A stretch of 64,000 nucleotides of DNA, taken from Cyanobacteria bacterium auto_48_18 (lineage in GTDB: Bacteria > Cyanobacteriota > Vampirovibrionia > Obscuribacterales > Obscuribacteraceae). Shown here one piece after another: positions 36,986 to 47,062 of this stretch. The first letter of the stretch is position 1; each line of letters begins with the position of its first letter. The notes below the pieces were generated by a model. The model worked only from the letters and a program-made list of their open reading frames with translations. It was not told the origin of the DNA and did not search any database. The stretch covers positions 383,420-447,419 of the forward strand of contig JAVHQC010000022.1 of NCBI GenBank assembly GCA_036170915.1, written 5' to 3'. Position numbers and translations under genes: made by a program.

Positions 36986-38622
36986 AGGTTGCTGCCTTGA
37001 ATTTGTATTTGAGTTTTACCGTCAATCACGGCAATCACCGCCGGATATTCGAAGAATGCCAGCAGCGCCAGGCTGCGCAATGGTTTAAACAGTTTTCTAG
37101 CGATTGGTATGGGGCCGTATGACCAGGCATTAATCACTTTTTCTTGTTGCCTGGCAGCAAGATTTTCAAACGGGCTAAAATTGGTCAGAATGGTAATGGT
37201 GCGAAAACCAAATATTCCCACTTTGAATAAAAAGCGCAATTTCGTCGGCAGTGAGCCGAGTTCAGAGCAGGCAAATTCTGTGGCGTAACGTATTGCTGCT
37301 GCTCTTTGCTCGTTTGTGAGCACAAGGGCTCCGGTGGGTAAAGATGCTGAAACCACAGCCAACCAGAAAGCGTCGACCTTGAAGCAATGATTGATATTGC
37401 TTTGTGTTGGCACCGACGTGATTACTGATAAAGAGCTTTCAGTAGAAACTAAATTGGTGGCTGGTTTCGCTTCCCAGGCTAGAGCGGCTGTGGTGCCTAG
37501 TTCCAGGCCATAGCGGGCCATGGCGATCACTCCCCAGATGGTCACTGTGGAGTAGAATACCAGGTGCACCACCACAGCATACGATAGGGCCGTAGACTCA
37601 GAAACTTGGCCAATACTTTCGTTGATAAGTAGTCCGAGATTGTCTAGATTGCTGGGCAATTGATAGTGGTGAGGCAATATGTGGCTCTCGCCGGCTGTCA
37701 CCGCCCGCAGTGCCGTACTGCAACAAATCTGGTACGGCCCGACATAACCAGGGGTGGACGGAATAAGAATGCCGAGATTGGTAAACGCCATCACAGCAAC
37801 AGCTTTGACGATGTTAATGGGCAAATTGAAACATGGCATCACCATGGCAAACATCAGACCTTCCACGATCCAGATAAGAAAGCTGTTGCACAGAACAGAC
37901 AGCGCCGTAGAGGCGTCACGCAAGCAGCTGAGACCACGGGTGACTTGAGTAACCAGGGCGAGGGCGCGGTTGTGCCACTTGCGACCAAGGGGAATGCTCA
38001 GTTGCGATGCCAGTGAAAGTGACAGTTGAGGCGAGAAAGCCAGAATCATCACACAGGGAATGGCACAACCAAAGATGACTGCGGCCACTGCAGCCGCGGT
38101 TTTCATCCACTGGTCTGTGGGGGTGACGAAGCTGGCCAGGACAAAAAGCGAAAGGATGGTCAGGCCGTCGAGCAGCCGCTCGAGGAAGGTGACAGTCAAT
38201 GAAAGCGCGTATGGTAAACCGGTGCGTTCGGCTAACATGCCTGCTCTGGCAAATTCGCCTAAACGAGCCGGCAAAATGTTATTGGTGGCATAGCCCACGG
38301 CGATGATGTTGCTGGCTGTGGCCACAGTCAAATTAGCCTCAGTGCTGACTAGCTGTTTGAGCCGCCAACCGCGCAAAAGCATTCCCACCAGATAGGTCAA
38401 AACTGCAAGAGGTAACCACGGCAGCCAGGTGGCTGTGGTAAAGGCATCTTCTACCAGGTGCCAATTAATCTTTTTGGCGGTCATGACAAGCAGTAAGAGG
38501 CTGATAATAAAGCCGCCAGCCACCACGGCTCCTCGCGACTTGATAATTCTTGTGAGAGTTACCGAGTGACTTTTGCCCTCTGGTTGTGTGCTTTCGGGGC
38601 CTTCGCCCGGCTCGTTCATCAA
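36982..38622 (-). CDS. Lysylphosphatidylglycerol synthase TM (UPF0104, flippase-like) protein with fused C-terminal soluble domain
   Basis: RGWRLK, GYATNNILPARLGEFARA, ERLLDG, IPSTPGYVGPY; extra ~130-aa tail ending FENL....QEKVINAW......RKLFKPLRSLALLAFFE; ATGA-coupled to the GMC gene. Confidence 0.8.
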   Translation of the reverse strand: MMNEPGEGPESTQPEGKSHSVTLTRIIKSRGAVVAGGFIISLLLLVMTAKKINWHLVEDAFTTATWLPWLPLAVLTYLVGMLLRGWRLKQLVSTEANLTVATASNIIAVGYATNNILPARLGEFARAGMLAERTGLPYALSLTVTFLERLLDGLTILSLFVLASFVTPTDQWMKTAAAVAAVIFGCAIPCVMILAFSPQLSLSLASQLSIPLGRKWHNRALALVTQVTRGLSCLRDASTALSVLCNSFLIWIVEGLMFAMVMPCFNLPINIVKAVAVMAFTNLGILIPSTPGYVGPYQICCSTALRAVTAGESHILPHHYQLPSNLDNLGLLINESIGQVSESTALSYAVVVHLVFYSTVTIWGVIAMARYGLELGTTAALAWEAKPATNLVSTESSLSVITSVPTQSNINHCFKVDAFWLAVVSASLPTGALVLTNEQRAAAIRYATEFACSELGSLPTKLRFLFKVGIFGFRTITILTNFSPFENLAARQQEKVINAWSYGPIPIARKLFKPLRSLALLAFFEYPAVIAVIDGKTQIQIQGSNL

Positions 38623-38748
38623 ATGCGCAACCGTACTGATAGCTAGTAAACAGAAAGCCTGCCAGCTAAAATCTTCCCATTATTGAGGGCTTTAATGCAC
38701 CTGATCTTAATTAGCTTGCATAACTACATAGTTATTAGAGAGTAAAAA

Positions 38749-40266
38749 GTGGACGAGTCGACGCTCAGAATTTATCTAAGAAGGGTGCTGGCGGTGCCGG
38801 CAGGAGCTTCACGCAAGGTTTTGCGTTCTGCTCGTGATCGCCGGTCGGGGCTTTGGCGAGAAAAGCTGCTTGCTGCGCCTGCTTCTGAAAAACAGCTATT
38901 TGAGCAGCGGCTGGCAATTACCAATACTGCGTACGATGTGCTGAGCGACGCAGTGCGTTTTCGCACTTTCTACACCCGCCTGGAGGCCGGCGAAGAAGTG
39001 TTGCCGGAGCTTGAGCTGCTGCTCGCCGGTTTGGGTGAGTCAAGCCCTAAGCCGCTGCCGGCCAGGGTAGTCGAGAAGCGTTTGGCAGCGGTGCACGAGC
39101 GCATGCAGCGCACGCAAACTTTAATCGAGAGCGCCATTCGTGAGGCGGTGGATAACGAAGCAAAGCGTTTGCAAGAGCAAAGCGTGCCCGATGCAGACGA
39201 GTTTTATGATGCTGTTTATGCGTGTGGCATTGCCGCGGGCACACGGGTCAAAGAAGATGAAATTGCCAACTCAGGCAAGAACAAAATTTTAGACGAAAAT
39301 TGCCTGGCCGAACTCGACGCCACCATCACCGACACTTCAGAAATGGCTGCCCACAAGGCTTATGACAAGCTTGAAGCTAAAGTTGCCACCAGTACCGCCG
39401 AAGAAGCCACACCAGCGAACCGTTCTACCGCCCTGGCCTTAAGTTTGATTATTCTGGTGCTTGTTTTTGGTGCCGCTTATTTTACGCTCAGTCGCGACCC
39501 CTCATCATTTCTAGCTGCTCCAGCTCCTGTAGTCACTCTAACCGAAGCAGAAGCATTAGCTTGTGAGAGTCCTCAAGACGCAAAAATTTTGGCCAGCCCT
39601 GATCAAAAAATTGCTGGTGGCGCTGGTCTTATTGCTACAGCAGGAGCGGCTGGACTGGCCGGCAGCATCAATAATGACACTGAAGACGGCCAAATTAGCT
39701 ATCACGAAGGCATTCAAGCTGCCATCTCAGGTGATACCACTCAAGCGTTGGCAGATTTTGATAAGGCTTACCAGGCCAATGCCAATTTAAAAGTGGCTTT
39801 ATACAATAAAGGCAATCTACTGGCTCTTACAGGTCGGCCTGTGGAGGCCATCGCTAGCTATTCGGAATTTCTCAAATTTAAACCAAATCTTGCTCAGGCT
39901 TATTACAATCGTGGCCTGGCGCATCAGACGCTGGCATTACAGGCGGTATCAAATCAGTCTGACGAAAATAGGCGTGCCACTGCTGGTCAGGAATTGCAAA
40001 AGGCAATTGCCAACTACAATTGCTGCTTGAAGATCAATCCGCGTTGCGCCCAGGCCTATTACAACCGTGGCTTTGCCGGCTATTGTCTTGGTCAGTTTGA
40101 GCAGGCCCTATCTGATTTTGAAAAGGCCCAGAGTTTGCTGCCCATACTGGAAGCGGCTAATTTCAACAAAAATGCAGTGGCTGCGCAGTTGCACAGGCCT
40201 GTTGAGCCTATAGCTAAAGTGCCACCAACAGCGCCTATTGGACCGGTTGGTCCGCCTGGGTCTTAG
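38749..40266 (+). CDS. Membrane protein with degenerate J-domain-like N-terminus, one TM helix and C-terminal TPRs
   Basis: VLAVPAGAS...AITNTAYDVLSD resembles J-domain helices but has no HPD; TPRs AQAYYNRG twice and ALYNKG. Confidence 0.7.
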   Translation: MDESTLRIYLRRVLAVPAGASRKVLRSARDRRSGLWREKLLAAPASEKQLFEQRLAITNTAYDVLSDAVRFRTFYTRLEAGEEVLPELELLLAGLGESSPKPLPARVVEKRLAAVHERMQRTQTLIESAIREAVDNEAKRLQEQSVPDADEFYDAVYACGIAAGTRVKEDEIANSGKNKILDENCLAELDATITDTSEMAAHKAYDKLEAKVATSTAEEATPANRSTALALSLIILVLVFGAAYFTLSRDPSSFLAAPAPVVTLTEAEALACESPQDAKILASPDQKIAGGAGLIATAGAAGLAGSINNDTEDGQISYHEGIQAAISGDTTQALADFDKAYQANANLKVALYNKGNLLALTGRPVEAIASYSEFLKFKPNLAQAYYNRGLAHQTLALQAVSNQSDENRRATAGQELQKAIANYNCCLKINPRCAQAYYNRGFAGYCLGQFEQALSDFEKAQSLLPILEAANFNKNAVAAQLHRPVEPIAKVPPTAPIGPVGPPGS

Positions 40267-40304
40267 CCCTATTTAGCTTTATTTTTAAGCTCTACTTCTT
40301 AGCT

Positions 40305-40805
40305 CTATTTGCCGGCTCGTTTTTGTAAAATTGCTTGTGAAGCGCCGCCGTGCTGTACACCCTTACTGTCTACAAATGCCCAGTCTTCAATATCAGGCGT
40401 TTTGACAGTGACGGCCATACCAGCCTTAATGCCGGGCAGATAGACTGAATCTTTTTCAAGATGGCCGACGATTTCGTTGTCATAGACTCTATCTACTTCA
40501 ATCCACTTAAATTCAGATTTGCCGCTGTCGTAAAGGCATGAATTGACTGCGAATTTTTCACCTTTTTGTTTGACATTGAATGCTTCCACAAATTCTTTCC
40601 AATTAGCTTGAGCGTCGGCTTTAACTTTGGCCAATTCAGGATCGACGGTCTTGCCGTTGACAAAACCTTCAGGCGCTTTGGGCACCTGAGCTTGAGGTGT
40701 GGAGCACGCCGCTAGAGAAACCATGGCCACCATCATCAGGCTTGCAGTCAAAGCATGAGTGTTGAACCGGGAAAGCGTTGCTGGCATCAAAAATTTGTCT
40801 GACAT
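40305..40805 (-). CDS. DUF2314 (YegJ-like) lipoprotein
   Basis: Lipobox LAAC; AQANWKEF, SEFKWIEV, IVGHL, IEDW...GG pattern. Confidence 0.7.
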   Translation of the reverse strand: MSDKFLMPATLSRFNTHALTASLMMVAMVSLAACSTPQAQVPKAPEGFVNGKTVDPELAKVKADAQANWKEFVEAFNVKQKGEKFAVNSCLYDSGKSEFKWIEVDRVYDNEIVGHLEKDSVYLPGIKAGMAVTVKTPDIEDWAFVDSKGVQHGGASQAILQKRAGK

Positions 40806-40887
40806 GTTTTCTCTCGAATTGGAACTTAAGCGGTGGTAACAGTCAGATTGTAGCAGGCTCTAGAGCGCGTGGTCGTCAGTGATGAGC

Positions 40888-42930
40888 TTAGTCGTTAATT
40901 AAGCTTGAAGCCTGGTTAATCTCTTCATTAACGCTTTTGCGCTCTTCTTTGGTTAATCGAGGGACGCTGGTTTCAATTTTAATTTGCTTGGCTAGCAGTC
41001 GAGGATCTCTGACGTTAATGGACGGTTGTTCGGTGAGGCGTACTAGTGTTTTTTGTGGCAATGCGGCGAGCACGGGTAGACAATCTGGTGTCAGGTCTGA
41101 AAATCTGATGTCGAGCTCCCGCAACGTCTTTATTTTTGTCAGCAGTTTGAGGCTTTCCAACGTAATGATATTGCGTGGAATAAACAATTCTTGCAAATGC
41201 CGCATGCGAGCAATTTTTTTGAAATCATCCAACTCCAGTTCAGAACTCTCTAGAGCCAGCCGGCGCAGATGTTTGTGGTCAATTAAGTGATCTAAGAGAT
41301 CGGATGCATCGGCGCAGTTAGAGAATTCAAGAGTTTGGAGCGTCTCAAACATGGGAAGTTTGTACACTTGATCAGGTGTGATCGTGGTTTGATTGAGCAG
41401 CAAGTCGGTTAACCTGGGCATCTTGTTTAGCACCATAAGGCTTTTACCATCGCAATCAGTGCTTGTGAGATTAACACGCTGCAGACCTGTAAGGTGCTGA
41501 CACTGTTGCAAAGTTTTAGAGCAGTTCCAGCCGCAGTCTGACAGGTCTAAGCAATACAGATCGTTTGGGCCGAAACCTTTCAGCAAGTAAGCCTTTTCGG
41601 TTAAATCATGATGTGCGATAAAAATTAGAGCGGCACCCGGCGGAACCGAAAGCACGCCATCTCTTACAGTTGCGACCTCGGGAACGCCTTTGACTAAGAA
41701 CTCAAAGCGACCTTTCGTAATAGCGGCTGGAAACTTGAAGATTCTGTTTTTGCCATCAATGTGTGAAAGAAAAGGCTTCAGCGGAGCGGGTTTCGCTGGT
41801 GGCTCCGTCTTTGTAGCCGAAATTTTGGTAGTTTTGATTTCACCTTTGGTGGCCAGTAGAGTGGTGGCGCTTGTGGTGGCGAGGCCAAGAATTACTATAA
41901 CCAGTGCTCCAACAAGTGCTAAGTTTCTACGCTTAGTTTGCAGAGAAATTTGCGCAAATTTCTCTATGGTTGAACTGTCGCTGCCAGATTCGTGCTGATT
42001 ACCATGATCTTGGGGCCGCAAGCGCCGCAGCGGCTGCCCGACTCGATTGTCGGCGTGCCCCGCGTTTTGCGCTTGTAACTTACCTAGATCGTCTATCAGT
42101 CTGGTGGCGCTTCGATAACGATCAGCGGGATCTTTTTTCAGCAGTTTGGCCACAATTTTTTCTATCTCGGGCGAAAACTCGCTGCCTTCAGATGCCATGC
42201 TGGCCAGTGTCGGCGCCGGTGCGCTTTGATGCATCAGCAAAGTCTGTACGGCATTTTGTCCTTTAAACGGTACTGTGCCTGTAAGCGCTTCAAACAGGCT
42301 GACGCCGATGCTATAGAGATCGCTTGCATAACCAAGGGATGCGCCGGACGTTTGCTCTGGGCTCATATAATATGGCGAGCCTAAAATCTCGCCCGTGGCA
42401 GTGAGCTTCTGCACCATATCTCCCACTGATTTCACCAGGCCGAAATCTACCAGTTTGATGTCGGCGCCACTGAGCATGATATTGGCCGGTTTTATATCGC
42501 GGTGAATAATCTCAAATTGGTGGGCATGCTCAAGGCCACAGCAGACCGCCAAAAATATTCTGATTGCCTCAGCTTCGTCCAGCGGCCCTTCGCGCAGAAT
42601 GCGCTCTCGCAGGCTTTCTCCTGCCAGTAAATCCATCACATAGTACGGCACACGTTTCTGGTAAATGCCCATATTGTGCACTTTGACCAGATTCGGATGC
42701 GAAAGTTTAGCAATAGCGCGGGCTTCGGCTTGAAAACGCCGCCAGTGAACCTGATTTTCTTCCCCTAATCTAAGAGCTTTAAGGGCGTAGCGACTTTTTA
42801 AGATGATATGTTCGCACAGATAAACTTTGCCCATGCCGCCCTGGCCGAGCAACGAGATGATTTCATAGGCATCGTCGACGATTACACCTGGCTGTAAATC
42901 GTCACTTAGATAGTCATCATGGTAGGTCAA
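40888..42930 (-). CDS. Hanks-type Ser/Thr kinase - TM - leucine-rich repeat protein
   Basis: LGQGGMG, ALK, HRDIKPAN, DFG, GSPYYMSPE, DLYS; TM LALVGALVIVILGLA; C-terminal LRRs. Confidence 0.93.
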   Translation of the reverse strand: MTYHDDYLSDDLQPGVIVDDAYEIISLLGQGGMGKVYLCEHIILKSRYALKALRLGEENQVHWRRFQAEARAIAKLSHPNLVKVHNMGIYQKRVPYYVMDLLAGESLRERILREGPLDEAEAIRIFLAVCCGLEHAHQFEIIHRDIKPANIMLSGADIKLVDFGLVKSVGDMVQKLTATGEILGSPYYMSPEQTSGASLGYASDLYSIGVSLFEALTGTVPFKGQNAVQTLLMHQSAPAPTLASMASEGSEFSPEIEKIVAKLLKKDPADRYRSATRLIDDLGKLQAQNAGHADNRVGQPLRRLRPQDHGNQHESGSDSSTIEKFAQISLQTKRRNLALVGALVIVILGLATTSATTLLATKGEIKTTKISATKTEPPAKPAPLKPFLSHIDGKNRIFKFPAAITKGRFEFLVKGVPEVATVRDGVLSVPPGAALIFIAHHDLTEKAYLLKGFGPNDLYCLDLSDCGWNCSKTLQQCQHLTGLQRVNLTSTDCDGKSLMVLNKMPRLTDLLLNQTTITPDQVYKLPMFETLQTLEFSNCADASDLLDHLIDHKHLRRLALESSELELDDFKKIARMRHLQELFIPRNIITLESLKLLTKIKTLRELDIRFSDLTPDCLPVLAALPQKTLVRLTEQPSINVRDPRLLAKQIKIETSVPRLTKEERKSVNEEINQASSLIND

Positions 42931-43073
42931 TGGTCAATTGCTTTCCTGGCGCAGCTACCCTGCCTATATACCCTGATATAAGCACATGGCAGCCATTAAT
43001 CTAGGCCTTTTCATTAGCCGTCACTCGTGGCAGTTAAATTTTGCTACCGAGCCAAGCGAATCATTTAAACTGA

Positions 43074-44135
43074 TTAGCCAAACCGTGACACCAGCTTTAA
43101 TACCGTTAAAATTTGTTCTTTAAGCGGTTTGCGGTGGGCTGATATAGATTTTGTCGCCATTAGCTGATCATAGTTAGCTATGAAAGAATCGTAGCTGGCG
43201 GCGAGCATTTCGTCATTAGAGTATTTTGGCTGCCAACCCAGTTGCTTCAGTGGTTCTACATCAAAGTAGAAATCTTCGCCATATGTCAAATAGTGCCAGG
43301 GCGCCAGTGGTGATAACTTGACGGCATCAAGAGTTTGCAATGTACCCACGGTCAGTGCGTGCGGCAGGCGTTTGACTTTTGATTTGGAGCCGGCGTGTGC
43401 AATCAGATTTTCCAGGCACTGTCCGATGGGGTTGAAGCGGTCTGTGCCGACGTTGTAGAGACCAGGTTTGTTTAATTCAACCAGCATCAAATAACAATCA
43501 ATCAGATCTTGAGCATGCAGGAACTGGATTTGATTTTTGCCCGAGCCAATCACGTAGACATTGATGTCGCTTTTGATCCAGTCAAATAATAGTTGAAAAA
43601 TTCCCAGGCGACCGTCAGCAATAATGGTGCGCGGCCGCACCGCTATTAGTGGCATACCTGCTTGAGCAGCAATTTGTCTGGCGACAAGTTCGCCCTCTAA
43701 TTTGCTTTCGCCATAAATTTCAACCGGTTTTGTAGCAGTGTCGTTGGTAATTGGGCAAGGCGCGCAGCCAAAAATGGCTGAAGAACTGGTGTGAATAAAA
43801 CATTGCACGTTGGCTTTGACCGCTTCTTCGGCCACAATTCTGGTGCCTTCCACATTAACCTTTTGAAACTGGTCGCCGGCTTTAGTGAGCGGCACCAGGG
43901 CAGCTGTGTGGTGGACGATATGAACGCCCTGCATGGCGCGCGCCACCGCATCTCGGTCAAGCACGCTGGCCAGCACAAATTCTGCTTTTTGCGGCCGCTC
44001 ACGGTCTTCCCAGATGTCGAGAATGCGCACATCTTCGCCACGTGCTACCAGATGTATCGCAATTAAATTGCCAAGAAAACCCGACCCGCCAGTTACTAAA
44101 TGTTTCATGGTACTTTTTGTTGCTAGAGTTACCAA
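43074..44135 (-). CDS. NAD-dependent epimerase/dehydratase (extended SDR, 3-beta-HSD-like)
   Basis: LVTGGSGFLG, VNVEGT, YGESK. Confidence 0.9.
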   Translation of the reverse strand: MVTLATKSTMKHLVTGGSGFLGNLIAIHLVARGEDVRILDIWEDRERPQKAEFVLASVLDRDAVARAMQGVHIVHHTAALVPLTKAGDQFQKVNVEGTRIVAEEAVKANVQCFIHTSSSAIFGCAPCPITNDTATKPVEIYGESKLEGELVARQIAAQAGMPLIAVRPRTIIADGRLGIFQLLFDWIKSDINVYVIGSGKNQIQFLHAQDLIDCYLMLVELNKPGLYNVGTDRFNPIGQCLENLIAHAGSKSKVKRLPHALTVGTLQTLDAVKLSPLAPWHYLTYGEDFYFDVEPLKQLGWQPKYSNDEMLAASYDSFIANYDQLMATKSISAHRKPLKEQILTVLKLVSRFG

Positions 44136-44187
44136 TATTTTGGCAGCTTCGGCATTGTTTAGGTGGAATCTGGGATATTAAGTTGCC

Positions 44188-45165
44188 ATGGCCGACATAG
44201 AAAATAAACTAAATCAGGCACGCAAATTTAGCCTCAGGCTACCAGGTACGACGAGCAATCTCGGGCCAGGTCTAGATTGCCTCGGTCTGGCTCTCAACAT
44301 CTACAGCAAAATGTCCTTTTTCGTTTTAGACCAGAACGATCCCGGCATTCCCCTGATAACCTTTAAGGGCAGTATTGCCAAGAGCGGAATGGCTCAAGAT
44401 CAAGGCCGCCTCACATACACGATTTTGAGCAAGCTCTGGCAACGTGACCACGATCTTTTGCAGCGCGTGCGCATCGTGGTAGATTCTGAAATTCCACTTG
44501 GTGTCGGCCTTGGCTCGAGTGCCACAGCCATTCTAGGTGCTCTCTGGGCGGCCAGTGTGCTCACCGATCGAATTCCGAGCACGGCAGGTTTGCTGGCTGA
44601 GGCCTGTGCTCTTGAGGGTCATCCTGAAACTTTTTCTGCCTGCCTGCTTGGTGGTCTGGTGGTGTCGAGCCCCATGAACGACGGCACCAAGATTGTGACG
44701 CAGAAGCTGGTTTGGCCCTCTGACTGGCATTTCTTAGTAGTTTCGCCTCAATACTCACTGAACACTGCCAGCTCCCGCTCAATTTTGCCAGCCACTGTAA
44801 AAATGCAAGATGCCATTCACAATGTGCAAAAAGTAGCCTTGCTTGTGGCCGCCGTGGCGCGAGCAGATGAAGCGGCTTTTCGAGACGCCCTTGATGACAG
44901 ATTGCACGAGCCTTATCGCATGCATCTGGTGCCTGAATTAGCCAAGTTGAGACGAGAGTTGATGAATGAACCGATTCTAGGTTGCACCTTATCTGGTGCC
45001 GGGTCGTCGGTGCTCATAATTGTGCATGAGAAACGCAAAGCACAGGTGTTGGAACGTCTTCAATATTGGGTGGCAACTGAAGCTAAGCCGCCGCGCATTT
45101 TGGATTGCCAGGTGGACGACCAGGGTGTGCAGGAATTTGAGTATAGTTCGGGCCCTGCGCGCTAG
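44188..45165 (+). CDS. thrB: Homoserine kinase
   Basis: PGTTSNLGPGLDCLGLAL, GHMP motif IPLGVGLGSSA, EGHP, DRLHEPYR, LSGAG. Confidence 0.92.
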   Translation: MADIENKLNQARKFSLRLPGTTSNLGPGLDCLGLALNIYSKMSFFVLDQNDPGIPLITFKGSIAKSGMAQDQGRLTYTILSKLWQRDHDLLQRVRIVVDSEIPLGVGLGSSATAILGALWAASVLTDRIPSTAGLLAEACALEGHPETFSACLLGGLVVSSPMNDGTKIVTQKLVWPSDWHFLVVSPQYSLNTASSRSILPATVKMQDAIHNVQKVALLVAAVARADEAAFRDALDDRLHEPYRMHLVPELAKLRRELMNEPILGCTLSGAGSSVLIIVHEKRKAQVLERLQYWVATEAKPPRILDCQVDDQGVQEFEYSSGPAR

Positions 45166-45190
45166 CTAGCTTCAGATGCACCTCTTCGTG

Positions 45191-46129
45191 CTACCTGTTC
45201 GTCACCGGTTTGTGCTGGCTGTTTTTAGTCATAGACTCAAGGTAGCTTTTAATTTGATCGAAGAATCCAATGCCAGATTTGCCGTTGTTAGTTTTTTGCT
45301 GAATTTCTGTGATCTGCTTGTGGAAAGAATCAAAATCACTCTTGGTTCCGTAACCGAGCGCTTCGGCAAGCTGTATGTCTCTGTCTGATCTGCTGACAAG
45401 ATCTGATAGTTCTTTGTTTTGTGCTGCACTGCGATTTTTTGTGGCTGCTAACTTTTCGGCGTTTTGTAGCGAAATTTTCGCTTCAACAACAGGTAATGGC
45501 ACCACTAGCTCCGTTATCACCAGGGTATTTAAAGCAGTCTGCAATACCTCTTTTGCCTCTACCGGCTTGTTGTCGTCGATTAGTTTGGCCGCTTTTTTAA
45601 GCGCGCCCGGATAGGTAGCTAGTGGAAGATTAGTAGTACTAATGACACTTTCGCTAGCTAGATTCATTAGGATGGCTCTGGCTTCTTGTATGCGACCCTC
45701 GTTTAATAGCTTTTGCGCTTCTTTGCGTGCATTTTTAATTGCCTCAATCGAAGCTGATACGTTGGTTGTGACAACTCTAACGTCAATGGGTACTAGTGCG
45801 GCTTTAGGGTCACGAGCCAGAACAATCTCTAATTTTCCAGTTGCTCTTTCCAGCCCCGCCAGGGCTTCTTTGTTCTTGCCGTTATCTAGTGCCCTCAAAG
45901 CGTCTTGGGTTTCGCGCAAAGTACTAACTGCCTCAGCGACAATTTCTTTTCTTTTATCTGTCGTTTTCTGGATAGCTTGTTTGCTCACCTCGGCCTTGGT
46001 TGCAGACTTTTGCGTAGCTCGAGTTTGTGGACCGGGTAGCGCTTGCGCCTGAGTTAGTGCCGTAGATACGGCTACGGAGACACTGAGTGCTGCAGCTGTT
46101 TTTAGTTGTGTTTTTCTCCTGTAAAGCAT
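45191..46129 (-). CDS. YfdX family periplasmic protein
   Basis: TGKLEIVLARDP, LASE....TNLPLATYP, ALNTLV...VVPLP, LAEALGYG blocks; ATG at 46129 after GGAGG. Confidence 0.85.
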   Translation of the reverse strand: MLYRRKTQLKTAAALSVSVAVSTALTQAQALPGPQTRATQKSATKAEVSKQAIQKTTDKRKEIVAEAVSTLRETQDALRALDNGKNKEALAGLERATGKLEIVLARDPKAALVPIDVRVVTTNVSASIEAIKNARKEAQKLLNEGRIQEARAILMNLASESVISTTNLPLATYPGALKKAAKLIDDNKPVEAKEVLQTALNTLVITELVVPLPVVEAKISLQNAEKLAATKNRSAAQNKELSDLVSRSDRDIQLAEALGYGTKSDFDSFHKQITEIQQKTNNGKSGIGFFDQIKSYLESMTKNSQHKPVTNR

Positions 46130-46201
46130 AACTTTCCTCCTGGTAGCTTGCAAAAGTTTCGTTATAGTTGCTCGCTGGCGGATCTAGAAAACCGCAGACA
46201 G

Positions 46202-46738
46202 CTAGTTATTGCCGCCCTTGCTTTGCACTGCCGGCCTGCTCGACACGACTGGAATTTTTTTGACGGACTCTTTGTAATGGGCTGTTTTTGGTAGTGTGAT
46301 TGTCACCACTCCGTTTTTGAATGAGGCCTGCACTTTTTCGGTGTCGAAACAGTTTTGAGCCAGCGGAATATGTCGAGTGAATGCCCCATAGCGGCGTTCC
46401 GTTCGATAAACACCTTGAGCGTTTTCTCGTCTCTCTTCTTTCTTTTCGCCGCTTATGGTGAGCATGTCGCGAGACATTGAAATGTCGATATCTTTCTCTT
46501 CCATGCCTGGCACTTCCAAGCTAATTTGAAACTCTTTATCGGTTTCGTGCATGTCTAGATTTGGGCAAAAGCGGCTTTCAAGGCTGTTTAAAGCACTCAT
46601 GTGTGAGTCGGAAAATCCGAGAAAGCGATTAAACATTTGGTCGAAGTCGCTCCACAGTGCCGGCACATCGTTGATGTTATCTTCACGCCGAATAGGTAGA
46701 TTTTTACGGCTCCATGGCAACAATTTAGTTAGTGACAT
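46202..46738 (-). CDS. Hsp20/alpha-crystallin small heat shock protein
   Basis: PNLDMHET, LEVPG, LTISGEK, ERRYGAFTR, ASFKNGVVTITLPK; SD GGAGG. Confidence 0.95.
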   Translation of the reverse strand: MSLTKLLPWSRKNLPIRREDNINDVPALWSDFDQMFNRFLGFSDSHMSALNSLESRFCPNLDMHETDKEFQISLEVPGMEEKDIDISMSRDMLTISGEKKEERRENAQGVYRTERRYGAFTRHIPLAQNCFDTEKVQASFKNGVVTITLPKTAHYKESVKKIPVVSSRPAVQSKGGNN

Positions 46739-46786
46739 TGTGCTAACCTCCTCTGTGAATGATAAGTATTTGGAGATGCGGGCGAA

Positions 46787-46831
46787 TTAGTTTGCAGCCT
46801 GCGCCTTGTTTTTATCTGTTGTTCCATCCAT
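46787..46831 (-). CDS. Candidate 14-aa small ORF (MDGTTDKNKAQAAN) upstream of hsp20
   Basis: Strong SD GAGGTGA 6 nt before ATG; TAA 48 nt before the hsp20 start. Confidence 0.3.
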   Translation of the reverse strand: MDGTTDKNKAQAAN

Positions 46832-46993
46832 AAGGCATCACCTCGATTTAAAAAATTCGAAAGTGCTACGTTATTAAATGCAAAATTGGTTTAGCAGAGC
46901 CAAGCGATGACTGCGCCTTTGCTCTATGCTTTTTTTATAACAATTTCCTTCTATGGCGCCTGTTTGTTTAATGATTTTTTCAACAAACTTTTA

Positions 46994-47062
46994 TCGCAAT
47001 TAAATCCCGCCCTTCAGCTTTTGCAAATCAGCTAAATCAGCCGCACGGCCTATCAACTGTTT
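46994..47062 (-). repeat. Orphan diverged copy of the 3' end of gene 47697-48179 (direct repeat with 47691-47759)
   Basis: Encodes KQLIGRAADLADLQKLKGGI* versus KKLIGREADLADLQTLKSAN*; same stop position, shared TCGCAA flank, shared core TTTGCA(A/G)ATCAGCTAAATCAGC. Confidence 0.85.

Noticed and set aside
46739..46990. CIRCE or ROSE thermometer upstream of hsp20
   Set aside because: Only partial half-sites and weak anti-SD pairing are visible; not supportable by eye.
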